Part shown: positions 36,611 to 45,863 of the stretch, piece by piece
How positions within the stretch are numbered: the stretch's first letter is position 1
Layout: every line of letters starts with the position of its first letter
Assembly: GCA_015232565.1 (NCBI GenBank)
Contig: JADFZK010000001.1
Coordinates: 13,160 to 77,159, forward strand
Source of the DNA: Candidatus Omnitrophota bacterium
GTDB lineage: Bacteria > Omnitrophota > Gorgyraeia > Zapsychrales > Fredricksoniimonadaceae
Direction of reading: 5' to 3'
DNA length: 64,000 bases
The notes under the pieces: generated by a model
What the model saw: only the letters and a program-made list of their open reading frames with translations
Databases searched by the model: none
What the model was told of the DNA's origin: nothing
Made by a program: the position numbers and the translations under genes

Positions 36611-37659
36611 AAAGCACACCGGCAGCTCTCTATGATCGGATCAAGCGCGGTCCTGGGGTGTTCATTATAGGTGAAGCAGGAGTGAATCATAATGGTGACC
36701 TTGGTATGGCTTGCCGATTGATTGATGCGGCGGCAGCGGCAGGATGTGACGCTGTTAAGTTCCAGACATTTAAAACGGAGAGGGTCATTTCTACGCGAGC
36801 CCCAAAGGCCAGGTATCAGAAGGAAGCAACGGGTATCGGCGAGTCGCAGTTTGAGATGGTCAAAAGGCTTGAGTTAGATGCCGCGGCGCATCGTAAGTTG
36901 TTGATCCACTGCCGCAAGCGCGGGATCCTTTTCTTGTCTACGCCCTTCGATGAGGAGAGTGCGGACATGCTACAGGAGTTGGGGGTGCCTCTCTTTAAGA
37001 TACCGTCGGGTGAGATTACTAATATGCCGCTGTTGCGCCATATTTCACTTAAACTTAGGCCGGTCATTCTTTCGACGGGTATGTCGACTCTCGTGGAAGT
37101 TGAAAGTGCGGTGAAGGTGCTGCGCAAGGCGGGTTGTGTGCGGCTGGTCCTGTTGCACTGTGTTACTTCTTATCCATGTCCGATCGAACAGGTGAATCTT
37201 CGGGCCATGACGACATTGGCCAGGGCTTTCAAATGTCCGGTTGGATATTCGGATCATACTCTTGGCCTGGACGCGTCTTTGGCCGCGGTGGCGATGGGGG
37301 CGAGAGTGATCGAGAAGCATTTTACGATGGATATCGGTTTGCCTGGTCCGGATCATCAGGCTTCATTGCCACCGGAAGGGTTGGCTGAACTGGTTGAGCG
37401 TGTTAGGGCTTTGGAGCGGGCTATGGGCGACGGGATTAAACGGGCGGCGACTTGCGAGGTAGAGAATATCATGATCGCACGTAAGAGCGTTGTTGCAGCT
37501 CGGGATATCGCCGTTGGAGAAAAGATTGCTTTGGGGGATGTCGTAATTAAGCGTCCAGGTACCGGGATTGCTCCGGGAGATATCCGAAAGGTTGTCGGCA
37601 GGACGATGTCGCGGGCTCTTGGTCGGGATGAAGTTATTACATGGAAAGACACTCGATGA
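36607..37659 (+). CDS. NeuB family nonulosonic acid synthase (N-acetylneuraminate/legionaminate/pseudaminate synthase) with a C-terminal SAF domain
   Basis: IIGEAGVNHNGDLGMACRLIDAAAAAGCDAVKFQTFK...YSDHTLG. The C-terminal SAF domain reads GDVVIKRPGTG. ATGA overlap. Confidence 0.9.
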   Translation: MKSTPAALYDRIKRGPGVFIIGEAGVNHNGDLGMACRLIDAAAAAGCDAVKFQTFKTERVISTRAPKARYQKEATGIGESQFEMVKRLELDAAAHRKLLIHCRKRGILFLSTPFDEESADMLQELGVPLFKIPSGEITNMPLLRHISLKLRPVILSTGMSTLVEVESAVKVLRKAGCVRLVLLHCVTSYPCPIEQVNLRAMTTLARAFKCPVGYSDHTLGLDASLAAVAMGARVIEKHFTMDIGLPGPDHQASLPPEGLAELVERVRALERAMGDGIKRAATCEVENIMIARKSVVAARDIAVGEKIALGDVVIKRPGTGIAPGDIRKVVGRTMSRALGRDEVITWKDTR

Positions 37660-38831
37660 AAACGCGTAGAATTTGTGTGATCACAGGCTCTCGGGCTGAG
37701 TACGGGCATATGTTGATGTTAATGAAGGCTATTGAGGCTGACCGGGGATTACGGCTTCAGGTTGTGGTCACAGGAATGCATCTTTCTTCGGCTTTTGGGC
37801 ATACATTCCGTGTTATTGAAAAAGACGGGTTTTCTATCGATGCCCGCCTTCCTATTTTGAAGTTCGACAACACGCCGGAGGGCATTTGTCGGTCAATAGG
37901 CTTGGGGACAGCTTTGATCGCTCGGAGTTTGGGGAAGCTTAAGCCCGATATTGTTGTTATTTGTGGTGATCGCTACGAAATGCTGGCCGCGGCCACCGCC
38001 GCTCATGTTCTTGGCATTCCCATTGCTCATTTGCATGGGGGAGAGAATTCGGAGGGGGCGATCGATGAGGCGTTCCGGCATGCGATAACAAAAATGTCCA
38101 GTCTGCATTTTGCTGCTACGGAACCGTATCGCCGGCGGATCATTCAGATGGGTGAGCAGCCGTCGCGGGTTTTTAATTTTGGAGCACCCGGGCAGGATCT
38201 TATCCTTAATACGCCTGTGATGGGGCGGGAGGATTTGGCCAGGGCTTTAGGCTTTGATTTGACGGGTCCAGTTGCTTTGGTCACTTTTCATCCGGTGACG
38301 CTGGAGAAGAATAGCGTTGAAGAACAGGTTAAGGCTGTAACGGTGGCCTTGGTTTCTTCGGGACTGCGCGGTATTATCACGCGCTCGAATGCTGATCAGG
38401 GAGGGGCACGCATCAATGCGCTAATGGAGACATTTTGCCTCCGGCATCCACGCAGATTCCGCCTGTTTTCAAATCTAGGGGCCAAGATATATTTCAATTG
38501 TCTGCGTTATGCCGATCTTTTGGTGGGCAATTCTTCGAGCGGCATTGTGGAGGCTCCGACATTCCGCCTGCCGGTGGTGAATATCGGAGATCGTCAACAG
38601 GCTCGTGTTCGTTCGAGTAATGTAATTGATGTTGCGTGTGAATCTGCGGCCATTAAGAAAGGGATTTCTCAGGCTTTGTCCCCGGCGTTCAAGCGGTCCC
38701 TTAAGGGGATGAGAAATCCTTACGGGTCCGGTTCGGATGGCAAGGTCAGCGAGCGGATCAAGGATGTTCTTAAGAGCGCAGAAATCGGCGGGAAGTTGTT
38801 AAAAAAGAAGTTTTATAACATTAAGTTTTGA
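37656..38831 (+). CDS. NeuC/LegG-type hydrolysing nucleotide-sugar 2-epimerase
   Basis: RICVITGSRAEYG, MHLSSAFGHT, HLHGGE and FHPVT. Confidence 0.9.
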   Translation: MKTRRICVITGSRAEYGHMLMLMKAIEADRGLRLQVVVTGMHLSSAFGHTFRVIEKDGFSIDARLPILKFDNTPEGICRSIGLGTALIARSLGKLKPDIVVICGDRYEMLAAATAAHVLGIPIAHLHGGENSEGAIDEAFRHAITKMSSLHFAATEPYRRRIIQMGEQPSRVFNFGAPGQDLILNTPVMGREDLARALGFDLTGPVALVTFHPVTLEKNSVEEQVKAVTVALVSSGLRGIITRSNADQGGARINALMETFCLRHPRRFRLFSNLGAKIYFNCLRYADLLVGNSSSGIVEAPTFRLPVVNIGDRQQARVRSSNVIDVACESAAIKKGISQALSPAFKRSLKGMRNPYGSGSDGKVSERIKDVLKSAEIGGKLLKKKFYNIKF

Positions 38832-38851
38832 GGTCGGTTGTGGGAGTGAAT

Positions 38852-39802
38852 GTGGCTTGTGAGAAGTTAAGGGTTTTAATTATTGGGCTCGGTTCTATAG
38901 GCCAGCGGCATGCGTGTTTGCTTCAGGGAAACTTTGGCCATCAGCTTTTTGCATTGCGATCCGGTAAGGGGGATATTATTGATCTTCCTGGGGTTACGAT
39001 GTTGGATTCCTGGGAGGGTGTGGATGCGGTGTCTCCACAGGTGGCTCTTGTTACGAATCCGACGGGTTTTCATTTATCGACGGCGGTCAGGTGTGCTGTG
39101 AGGGGAATGCATTTGTTCATTGAGAAGCCGATCGATTGCACCGATCGAGGGCTTGACGATCTTTTGAAGGTTGTCAGGGATAAACATCTTGTGGCCTATG
39201 TAGCGTACCCTCTTCGTTTTCATCCGTTGATACTTCTATTGCGTAAGTTGCTTGAAGGGCGGAAGGTCTTGCATGCCCAAGTGGTTTGCTCTTCGTACTT
39301 GCCGGATTGGCGTCCAGGGCGTGATTCGCACACTTTATATTCCGCCAAGAGAGTGGAAGGCGGTGGGGTTTTGCTTGATCTTTCACATGAGCTTGATTAC
39401 GCTGAATATTTGTTTGGATCGCTTAATTTGCTTAAAGGGCGGATGGGTCGGGTATCGGATGTTACGATCGACGCTGAAGATTATGCGGATTTGGTGTGTG
39501 AATATGAACGAGCGGCTGTTAATATTCATCTGAACTATTTCAGTCGGCAGGCTAAGCGTGATATTGGGATTGACCTGAAGAATGGCCACATACAAGCGGA
39601 TTTGCTTAGTGGAAATATTCGGCAGGTTATCGATGGTAAAGTGGAAGAATACATGGTTTCGTTTGGTCGGGATGATATGTTTTTGGAGCAGTTGAGACAT
39701 TTCTTTGGTGCTATTAACGGTGCTCCCTTGATCAATGATCTCGCTTCGGCGGCTAGATTATTTCGGAAGCTCTTGGCGTTCAGAGAGGAGATTCTAGTAT
39801 GA
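38852..39802 (+). CDS. Gfo/Idh/MocA family oxidoreductase
   Basis: Rossmann motif LRVLIIGLGSIGQRHA. The start is ambiguous: TTG at 38828 or one of the in-frame GTGs at 38840, 38846 or 38852. GTG 38852 is used here because GGAG (38843-38846) lies 5 nt upstream. Confidence 0.75.
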   Translation: MACEKLRVLIIGLGSIGQRHACLLQGNFGHQLFALRSGKGDIIDLPGVTMLDSWEGVDAVSPQVALVTNPTGFHLSTAVRCAVRGMHLFIEKPIDCTDRGLDDLLKVVRDKHLVAYVAYPLRFHPLILLLRKLLEGRKVLHAQVVCSSYLPDWRPGRDSHTLYSAKRVEGGGVLLDLSHELDYAEYLFGSLNLLKGRMGRVSDVTIDAEDYADLVCEYERAAVNIHLNYFSRQAKRDIGIDLKNGHIQADLLSGNIRQVIDGKVEEYMVSFGRDDMFLEQLRHFFGAINGAPLINDLASAARLFRKLLAFREEILV

Positions 39803-40509
39803 ATATTCTGATGGTGGTATGCGCTCGGGGAGGTTCCAAGGGTGTGAAGAATAAGAATATACGGCTATTGTGCGGCAAGCCGTTGATCGCGTACTCGCTG
39901 GAGCATTGTAAGGCCTGGGGTCGCGCCGCGCATATTATTGTTTCAACAGATTCATCTGAGATCGCCGAGATAGCGCTTCGGTGGGGCGCGGAAGTCCCAT
40001 TTATGCGACCACCGGAGTTGGCTACGGACACTGCACCTAAGGTTCCGGTGATTCGGCATGCGCTTCTGTCCGCGGAGGCATATTACGGCAGTCAGTTTGA
40101 TGTGGTGGTTGATATTGACGCCTCAGCTCCCTTACGCACTGTCAGGGATATTGAAGGGGCTTTTCAGGCTTTTTGTTTCGGTGAAGTTGATACAGTCTTT
40201 AGTGTTGTTCCAGCTCATCGCAATCCGTATTTTAACATGGTTGAGGAAGGTCTGGATGGCTATTGCCAACTGGTTAAGCCCTTGCCAGGGGTGATAACAT
40301 CACGCCAGATTGCGCCTAAGGTTTTTGATCTTAACGCGTCGATCTATTTTTACAAGTCGGATTATCTCAGGGATTTGGCGGTGTTATCTCCCATTTCGCG
40401 AAAATCTAAGGTTTATGTGATGGATCCAATCTGCGCGCGTGACATTGACTCGGAAGAGGATTTTAATTACGTGGAGTATCTTGTACAGCGAGGATTGGTA
40501 ACCTTATGA
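39799..40509 (+). CDS. Acylneuraminate cytidylyltransferase family (CMP-nonulosonic acid synthetase, NeuA/LegF/PseF-like)
   Basis: MVVCARGGSKGVKNKNIRLLCGKPLIAYSLEH. ATGA overlap. Confidence 0.9.
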   Translation: MNILMVVCARGGSKGVKNKNIRLLCGKPLIAYSLEHCKAWGRAAHIIVSTDSSEIAEIALRWGAEVPFMRPPELATDTAPKVPVIRHALLSAEAYYGSQFDVVVDIDASAPLRTVRDIEGAFQAFCFGEVDTVFSVVPAHRNPYFNMVEEGLDGYCQLVKPLPGVITSRQIAPKVFDLNASIYFYKSDYLRDLAVLSPISRKSKVYVMDPICARDIDSEEDFNYVEYLVQRGLVTL

Positions 40510-41288
40510 ACAAAATGCTGGATTGCTCAGGTAAAGTGGTGGTTGTTACTGGTGGCGCAGGACGTATAGGGAAGCATTTGGCTCAGGCCTTTGCTTTGGC
40601 AGGGGCTGAAGTTGTGGTAGCTGATATCGATGAGAAAGCGGCTGCGGCGGTAAGCGATTTATTGCAACAACAGGGGCACAGGGCTATGTCCCTGCTATTG
40701 GATATTGCGGATGAATCTTCGATTGTTCAGTGCATAGCCTTACTTAAAGCGCGCTTTCAGGCTATCGATGTTTGGGTGAATAATGCCTATCCACGTACTG
40801 CTGACTGGGGAGTCAAACTTGAGGATATCCCTGCGGAGTCATGGCGTAAGAATGTTGACATGCATTTGATTGGTTACTGTTTGTGCTGTCAGAAAGTTGC
40901 CGAGCATATGAAGGTTTTGGGCACGGGCAGTATTATCAATATTTCGTCAATTTATGGTATCATTGCGCCTGACTTCTCTGTATATGAAGGTACTGCGATG
41001 ACCTCGGCGGCGCCCTATGCTGCGATAAAGGGGGGCATTGTGCAGTTTACCCGTTATTTGGCATCGTATTACGGGCCGTCGGGAGTCAGGGTAAATAGCG
41101 TCTCTCCCGGTGGTGTGTTTGACAATCAGCCCGGTTCGTTCGTGAAGGCGTACATTTCTAAGACGCCGTTGCGGCGCATGGCAACAGTTGGAGATGTGGC
41201 GGGGGCGGTCCTTTTTCTGGGCTCGGAAGCTTCGGCGTATATTACCGGGCATAATCTTGTTGTGGATGGCGGGTATAGTATTCAATAA
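40506..41288 (+). CDS. SDR family oxidoreductase
   Basis: VVVVTGGAGRIGKH, NNA and a YAAIK segment (Y-x3-K). Confidence 0.85.
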   Translation: MNKMLDCSGKVVVVTGGAGRIGKHLAQAFALAGAEVVVADIDEKAAAAVSDLLQQQGHRAMSLLLDIADESSIVQCIALLKARFQAIDVWVNNAYPRTADWGVKLEDIPAESWRKNVDMHLIGYCLCCQKVAEHMKVLGTGSIINISSIYGIIAPDFSVYEGTAMTSAAPYAAIKGGIVQFTRYLASYYGPSGVRVNSVSPGGVFDNQPGSFVKAYISKTPLRRMATVGDVAGAVLFLGSEASAYITGHNLVVDGGYSIQ

Positions 41289-41372
41289 ATTTTATGTAAA
41301 GATTTTGAATGGGGCCTGTTCGTTTTAAGGTTGAAACATGGAAACTCGTTTGGCGATCTATATGGGACAAGT

Positions 41373-42137
41373 ATGAGAATTATTCCGCGCCTGGATATCA
41401 AGAACAATACGGTTGTGAAGGGCATTCATCTTGAAGGGCTGCGCGTTGTAGGCGATCCGGCGGAGTTGTCAAGGACCTATTATGCACAGGGTGCTGATGA
41501 GATCCTGTATATGGATGCCGTGGCGAGCTTATATGAACGCAACAGCCTTAAAGATATTATTCGTGTCGTAAGTGAGGATGTGTTTATTCCGTTGACTGTT
41601 GGCGGTGGTATTCGCAGTATCGACGATATCAGAGGGATCTTACGCGCCGGGGCGGACAAGGTTGCCATTAATACGGCGGCTATTCGTCGTCCCGGGTTTA
41701 TACGCGAGGCTTCGCAGATATTCGGGTCGCAGTGTATAGCGGTTTCGATAGAGGCCAAGAGAATAGGCGATGGTGTTTGGGAAGCTTATGTTGATACTGG
41801 ACGGGAGACCACAGGAATTGATGTGGTTGAGTGGGCTCAGGAAGTGGTGCGTTTGGGGGCTGGAGAGATTATTGTAACGTCCATTGACCGCGAAGGCATG
41901 AAGAATGGTTTTGAGATCGATCTAGTAGAACGGATCATGAATCTTGTTTCTGTTCCTGTGGTGGCCTGTGGCGGGTGCGGGCGGCCGGAACACGTGGAAG
42001 CACTATTGAATCGCGCTTCGGTAAGCGGTGTTGCTTGTGCGTCGATTTTTCACTATCAATTAAGTGATGTCACGGCTTTAAAGATGCATTTGGGTAAGGC
42101 AGGTATTCCGGTGAGAGCAGTCGGGAAGAATTTATGA
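41373..42137 (+). CDS. HisF-like cyclase subunit (WbuZ/PseA-partner type, glycan acetamidino formation)
   Basis: MRIIPRLDIKNNTVVKG...GGGIRS, a (beta/alpha)8 HisF pattern. It lies next to a HisH-like gene and an amidotransferase. Confidence 0.85.
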   Translation: MRIIPRLDIKNNTVVKGIHLEGLRVVGDPAELSRTYYAQGADEILYMDAVASLYERNSLKDIIRVVSEDVFIPLTVGGGIRSIDDIRGILRAGADKVAINTAAIRRPGFIREASQIFGSQCIAVSIEAKRIGDGVWEAYVDTGRETTGIDVVEWAQEVVRLGAGEIIVTSIDREGMKNGFEIDLVERIMNLVSVPVVACGGCGRPEHVEALLNRASVSGVACASIFHYQLSDVTALKMHLGKAGIPVRAVGKNL

Positions 42138-42775
42138 AAGTTGTAATTATTGATTATGGGTTATGTAATTTGCTGAGTGTTCACAACGCGCTGAGGTCGT
42201 TTGGGGTTGATTCTACCGTAACGCCTGATCCGGAGAAACTTAAAGGCGCGGATGCCCTCATTTTGCCTGGAGTGGGTGCTTTTGAGGATGGGATGAAGGG
42301 TTTAAGGGACCGTGGTTTTATAAGGCCTATTGAGGAGTACGTGGCAAGCGGCCGTCCTCTTTTAGGCATATGCCTGGGTATGCAACTTTTGTTTGATAAA
42401 AGCTTTGAGTTCGGCGAATTTGAAGGGCTGCATCTTATTCCCGGGGAGGTTGTTCCGGTAAAGCCTGCAGGCTCAACAGGAGTTCCCTGTAAGATCCCGC
42501 ATGTTGGCTGGAATGCATTGCTGAAATCTACGCGAGACTGGAGGGGTACCATTTTGGGCGATATCCCAGCGGGCGCGGAAATGTACTTCGTGCATTCGTA
42601 TCAAGGTGTCCCTGAATATAAGGAGCATGTTCTGGCAGAAACGGATTACTGTGGGAACCGATTTTGTTCTGTGGTTGCTTGTGGCAATGTGTTTGGGTGT
42701 CAGTTTCATCCTGAGAAAAGCGCCGCAGATGGCTTAACAATTCTAAGAAGTTTTCTTTCAATAAAAGGAGTGTGA
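42134..42775 (+). CDS. HisH-like class I glutamine amidotransferase subunit
   Basis: KVVIIDYGLCNLLSV, GICLGMQLL (catalytic Cys) and a terminal HPEKS motif. Confidence 0.85.
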   Translation: MKVVIIDYGLCNLLSVHNALRSFGVDSTVTPDPEKLKGADALILPGVGAFEDGMKGLRDRGFIRPIEEYVASGRPLLGICLGMQLLFDKSFEFGEFEGLHLIPGEVVPVKPAGSTGVPCKIPHVGWNALLKSTRDWRGTILGDIPAGAEMYFVHSYQGVPEYKEHVLAETDYCGNRFCSVVACGNVFGCQFHPEKSAADGLTILRSFLSIKGV

Positions 42776-42778
42776 TTT

Positions 42779-44038
42779 ATGCCTGATTTAGAGGCGCTAT
42801 TCGGACTTCCCCGGGAGGTTAAGTTTTGCAGGATTTGCAATATTACCAATCAGCGTCCGAACTCAGTTAATGAGTATGAGCATGTGCGCTCGTCGGTCAA
42901 GAGTACGATTCAGTTTAATGAAGATGGCGTTTGCGCGGGCTGTATTAACAAGGAGCGCCAGCATTTAGCGATTGACTGGAAAAAGAGAGAAGAGGAGCTG
43001 TGGGCGCTTTGTGATCATCATCGCAAGAGTGATGGCAATTATGATTGCATTGTGCCGGGAAGCGGTGGTAAAGACAGTATATATGCTTCTTGGCTTCTTA
43101 AGTATAAGTTCAAGATGCATCCATTGACGGTCACCTGGTCGCCTCATTTGTACACTGATGTAGGCTGGAGGAATTTCCAGTCGTGGATCCATAAAGGTGG
43201 ATTTGACAATTTCTTGTTCACTCCCAATGGTAAGTCGCATCGCTTGCTGACTCGTTTGGCAGTCCAGAATCTTCTTCATCCATTTCAACCATTCATTCTG
43301 GGTCAGAAAACATTTGTTACTAAGATGTGCGCGCGAATGGATATTTCTTTGGCGTTCTACGGGGAAATGCCTGGAGAGTACGGGACTACAGGCATTCTGT
43401 CCGCTAGTGGAGAGGAGAAGAAATTCTCAGGTTACGCTGGTTCAGGCTTTAGCACGGATATGCTGGGTGGCAGGGATGTGATGGATCTCTATCTTGGCGG
43501 TGTCTCGGTTAAGGATATCGTGGAGAAACACGGTGTGGCCTTGGTTGATTTGAAAGCTTATCTTCCCCTTGAAGCTCAGATCGTTCGTGAGAAAAAGATT
43601 GATATTTATTTTACGGGCTATTTTGTAAAGTGGGATCCGCAGGAATGTTATTATTTCTCGGTTGAAAAGACCGGATTTGAAGCAAATCCCGTTCGTACTG
43701 AGGGGACTTATTCCAAATACAATAGCCTTGATGACAGGATTGATGGGTATTTCTACTATACTTCTTGGATCAAATTCGGCATGGGCAGAGCCATGCAGGA
43801 TTCAGCGCAGGAGATTCGCAATAAGAAGATCACAACAGATGAAGGCAGGGCCTTGATAAAGAAGTTTGACGGGGAATTCCCGTTGCGGTATTACAAGGAA
43901 TTTCTGGAGTATATCGGGATGACGGATAAGGAATTTCGTGATATATGTGATTCGTTCCGTTCGTCTCATTTGTGGGCTAAAGTTAATGGTGAGTGGCGGT
44001 TGCGGCATACGGCCAATAATGATGGGGTTGATGATTAA
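42779..44038 (+). CDS. N-acetyl sugar amidotransferase (PP-loop ATP pyrophosphatase, WbuX/PseA-like)
   Basis: N-terminal zinc ribbon CRICN...CAGC and the PP-loop CIVPGSGGKDSIY. 419 aa. Confidence 0.85.
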   Translation: MPDLEALFGLPREVKFCRICNITNQRPNSVNEYEHVRSSVKSTIQFNEDGVCAGCINKERQHLAIDWKKREEELWALCDHHRKSDGNYDCIVPGSGGKDSIYASWLLKYKFKMHPLTVTWSPHLYTDVGWRNFQSWIHKGGFDNFLFTPNGKSHRLLTRLAVQNLLHPFQPFILGQKTFVTKMCARMDISLAFYGEMPGEYGTTGILSASGEEKKFSGYAGSGFSTDMLGGRDVMDLYLGGVSVKDIVEKHGVALVDLKAYLPLEAQIVREKKIDIYFTGYFVKWDPQECYYFSVEKTGFEANPVRTEGTYSKYNSLDDRIDGYFYYTSWIKFGMGRAMQDSAQEIRNKKITTDEGRALIKKFDGEFPLRYYKEFLEYIGMTDKEFRDICDSFRSSHLWAKVNGEWRLRHTANNDGVDD

Positions 44039-44144
44039 TAATCGGTCGGGAAGTGCTGCAGGTCATCGCGGTCTCCTGTAAGGGCGGCATCTTTGAAGAG
44101 TATTAACACTTTAAATAGAGTTTCTTAACGGGGGAGCGAAGGTA

Positions 44145-45377
44145 ATGCATAAGAACATAGATAAATGCAGAATCTGCGGAAATACGAACCTGGTTGAGGT
44201 CGTTGATCTTGGGATGATGATGTTAACGGGCGTTTTCCCCAGATCTGTTGACACTAATATCACGTCTGGTCCCATAAGTTTGGTCAAGTGTTCCGGAGGG
44301 GAGGGAGTTTGTGGATTGCTACAATTGAGGCAATCGTATGACCTGGGTGATCTTTATGGTATGAATTATGGGTATCGTTCAGGTCTTAATAAGAGCATGG
44401 TCGAGCATTTGCATGGGAAAGTTAGAAAGATAGAGAGCTTGGTTAACCTGAAGGCCAATGATTTGATCGTCGATATCGGCAGTAATGACGGCACAACGTT
44501 GGCGGCTTATCCCGAGGAAGGTTTGGACCTGGTGGGTATTGATCCCACAGGTTTGAAGTTTAAGAATTACTATAGACCGCATATTAAGCTTATCCCGGAT
44601 TTCTTCTCGCGAGAGATCCTAATGAAATATTGCGGAAAGAAAAAAGCTAAAGTGGTTACATCATTCTCGATGTTTTATGATTTGGAAGCCCCTTTATTAT
44701 TTATGAAGGAAGTGCGAGATGTCCTGGATGATGAAGGCATTTGGGTGTTTGAGCAAAGCTATATGCCTACAATGCTCAAGACGAATTCATTTGATACTAT
44801 TTGTCAGGAACATTTGGAATATTATGCTGTTAAGCAGATCAAGTGGATGGCTGACAAGGCAGATTTAAAGATCATTGATGTTGAATTTAATAATGTTAAT
44901 GGCGGTAGTTTCTCGGTAATGGTGGCAAAAAGAAGTTCGCATTATCCGCAGGCGCTTGATTTAGAGGAGTTGTTGAACGAAGAAATTGAAAGGGGATTTG
45001 ATACGCTGGTTCCTTACCGTGAATTTGCTAAAGTGGCGGATAGGGTAAGAAACGAGCTTTTGGCGTTTATTGATCGGGTTCACTCCGAGGGGAAGACCAT
45101 TTGCGGATTGGGTGCATCTACCAAGGGAAATGTTTTGTTACAGTATTGCGGCATCACCGCTGATCGTTTGCCGTGCATTGGTGAGGTCAATGCTGAGAAG
45201 TTTGGGGCGCATACGCCGGGGACATTTATTCCGATCATTTCCGAGAGTGATCTTTTGGCGATGAATCCGGATTATTTGCTTGTTCTTCCGTGGCATTTCA
45301 GGAGTTTTTTCACTAAGATACCAAAGTTTAGGAAAGTTAAGTTGGTCTTCCCATTGCCACAACTAGAGGTGGTGTAA
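44145..45377 (+). CDS. Zinc-ribbon plus class I methyltransferase plus C-methyltransferase C-terminal domain protein (second paralog)
   Basis: CRICGN...C zinc ribbon, SAM motif IVDIGSNDGT, and a C-terminal domain. It has the same architecture as the 32907-34049 gene. Confidence 0.8.
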   Translation: MHKNIDKCRICGNTNLVEVVDLGMMMLTGVFPRSVDTNITSGPISLVKCSGGEGVCGLLQLRQSYDLGDLYGMNYGYRSGLNKSMVEHLHGKVRKIESLVNLKANDLIVDIGSNDGTTLAAYPEEGLDLVGIDPTGLKFKNYYRPHIKLIPDFFSREILMKYCGKKKAKVVTSFSMFYDLEAPLLFMKEVRDVLDDEGIWVFEQSYMPTMLKTNSFDTICQEHLEYYAVKQIKWMADKADLKIIDVEFNNVNGGSFSVMVAKRSSHYPQALDLEELLNEEIERGFDTLVPYREFAKVADRVRNELLAFIDRVHSEGKTICGLGASTKGNVLLQYCGITADRLPCIGEVNAEKFGAHTPGTFIPIISESDLLAMNPDYLLVLPWHFRSFFTKIPKFRKVKLVFPLPQLEVV

Positions 45378-45382
45378 GTTTA

Positions 45383-45850
45383 GTGCTTTCTAATGGGGGG
45401 GGAATGCATTCAGTTATTCCAGATAGGCTGTATAGACAGATTTTAAGGGTGATGCCAATTGCCTGCGTTGACTTACTTGTATTTGATCAGGTGGGTCAAA
45501 TATTACTGGTTAGAAGAAACAATGAGCCGGTAAAAGGGCAGTGGTGGTTTCCGGGTGGCAGGGTATGGTTTGGAGAAATGCGGGAGGCCGCCGCTAGGAG
45601 AAAACTTAAAGAAGAGTGTGGGATTGACGCTAAATTAGTAAAAGAGTTCGGGACATATGATGTCATTCTTCCTGTGAAGGGAAGTTTTGTGCATGCTGTT
45701 TCAACGGTGTACCGTCTTTCGGTAGCGCAGGATTCGCGCGTGATTCTTGATCAGCAGAGTAGTGAGTTTCGCTGGCGTTCGGTAGAGGATTGGCTGAAAG
45801 ATCCTATTGATGACTTTGTAAGAGGTATTTTGAAACAGGAGATTCACTGA
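45383..45850 (+). CDS. NUDIX hydrolase
   Basis: NUDIX box GQWWFPGGRVWFGEMREAAARRKLKEECGI. The start is uncertain (GTG 45383 or ATG 45404). Confidence 0.8.
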   Translation: MLSNGGGMHSVIPDRLYRQILRVMPIACVDLLVFDQVGQILLVRRNNEPVKGQWWFPGGRVWFGEMREAAARRKLKEECGIDAKLVKEFGTYDVILPVKGSFVHAVSTVYRLSVAQDSRVILDQQSSEFRWRSVEDWLKDPIDDFVRGILKQEIH

Positions 45851-45863
45851 AGTTAGGGCAGGA

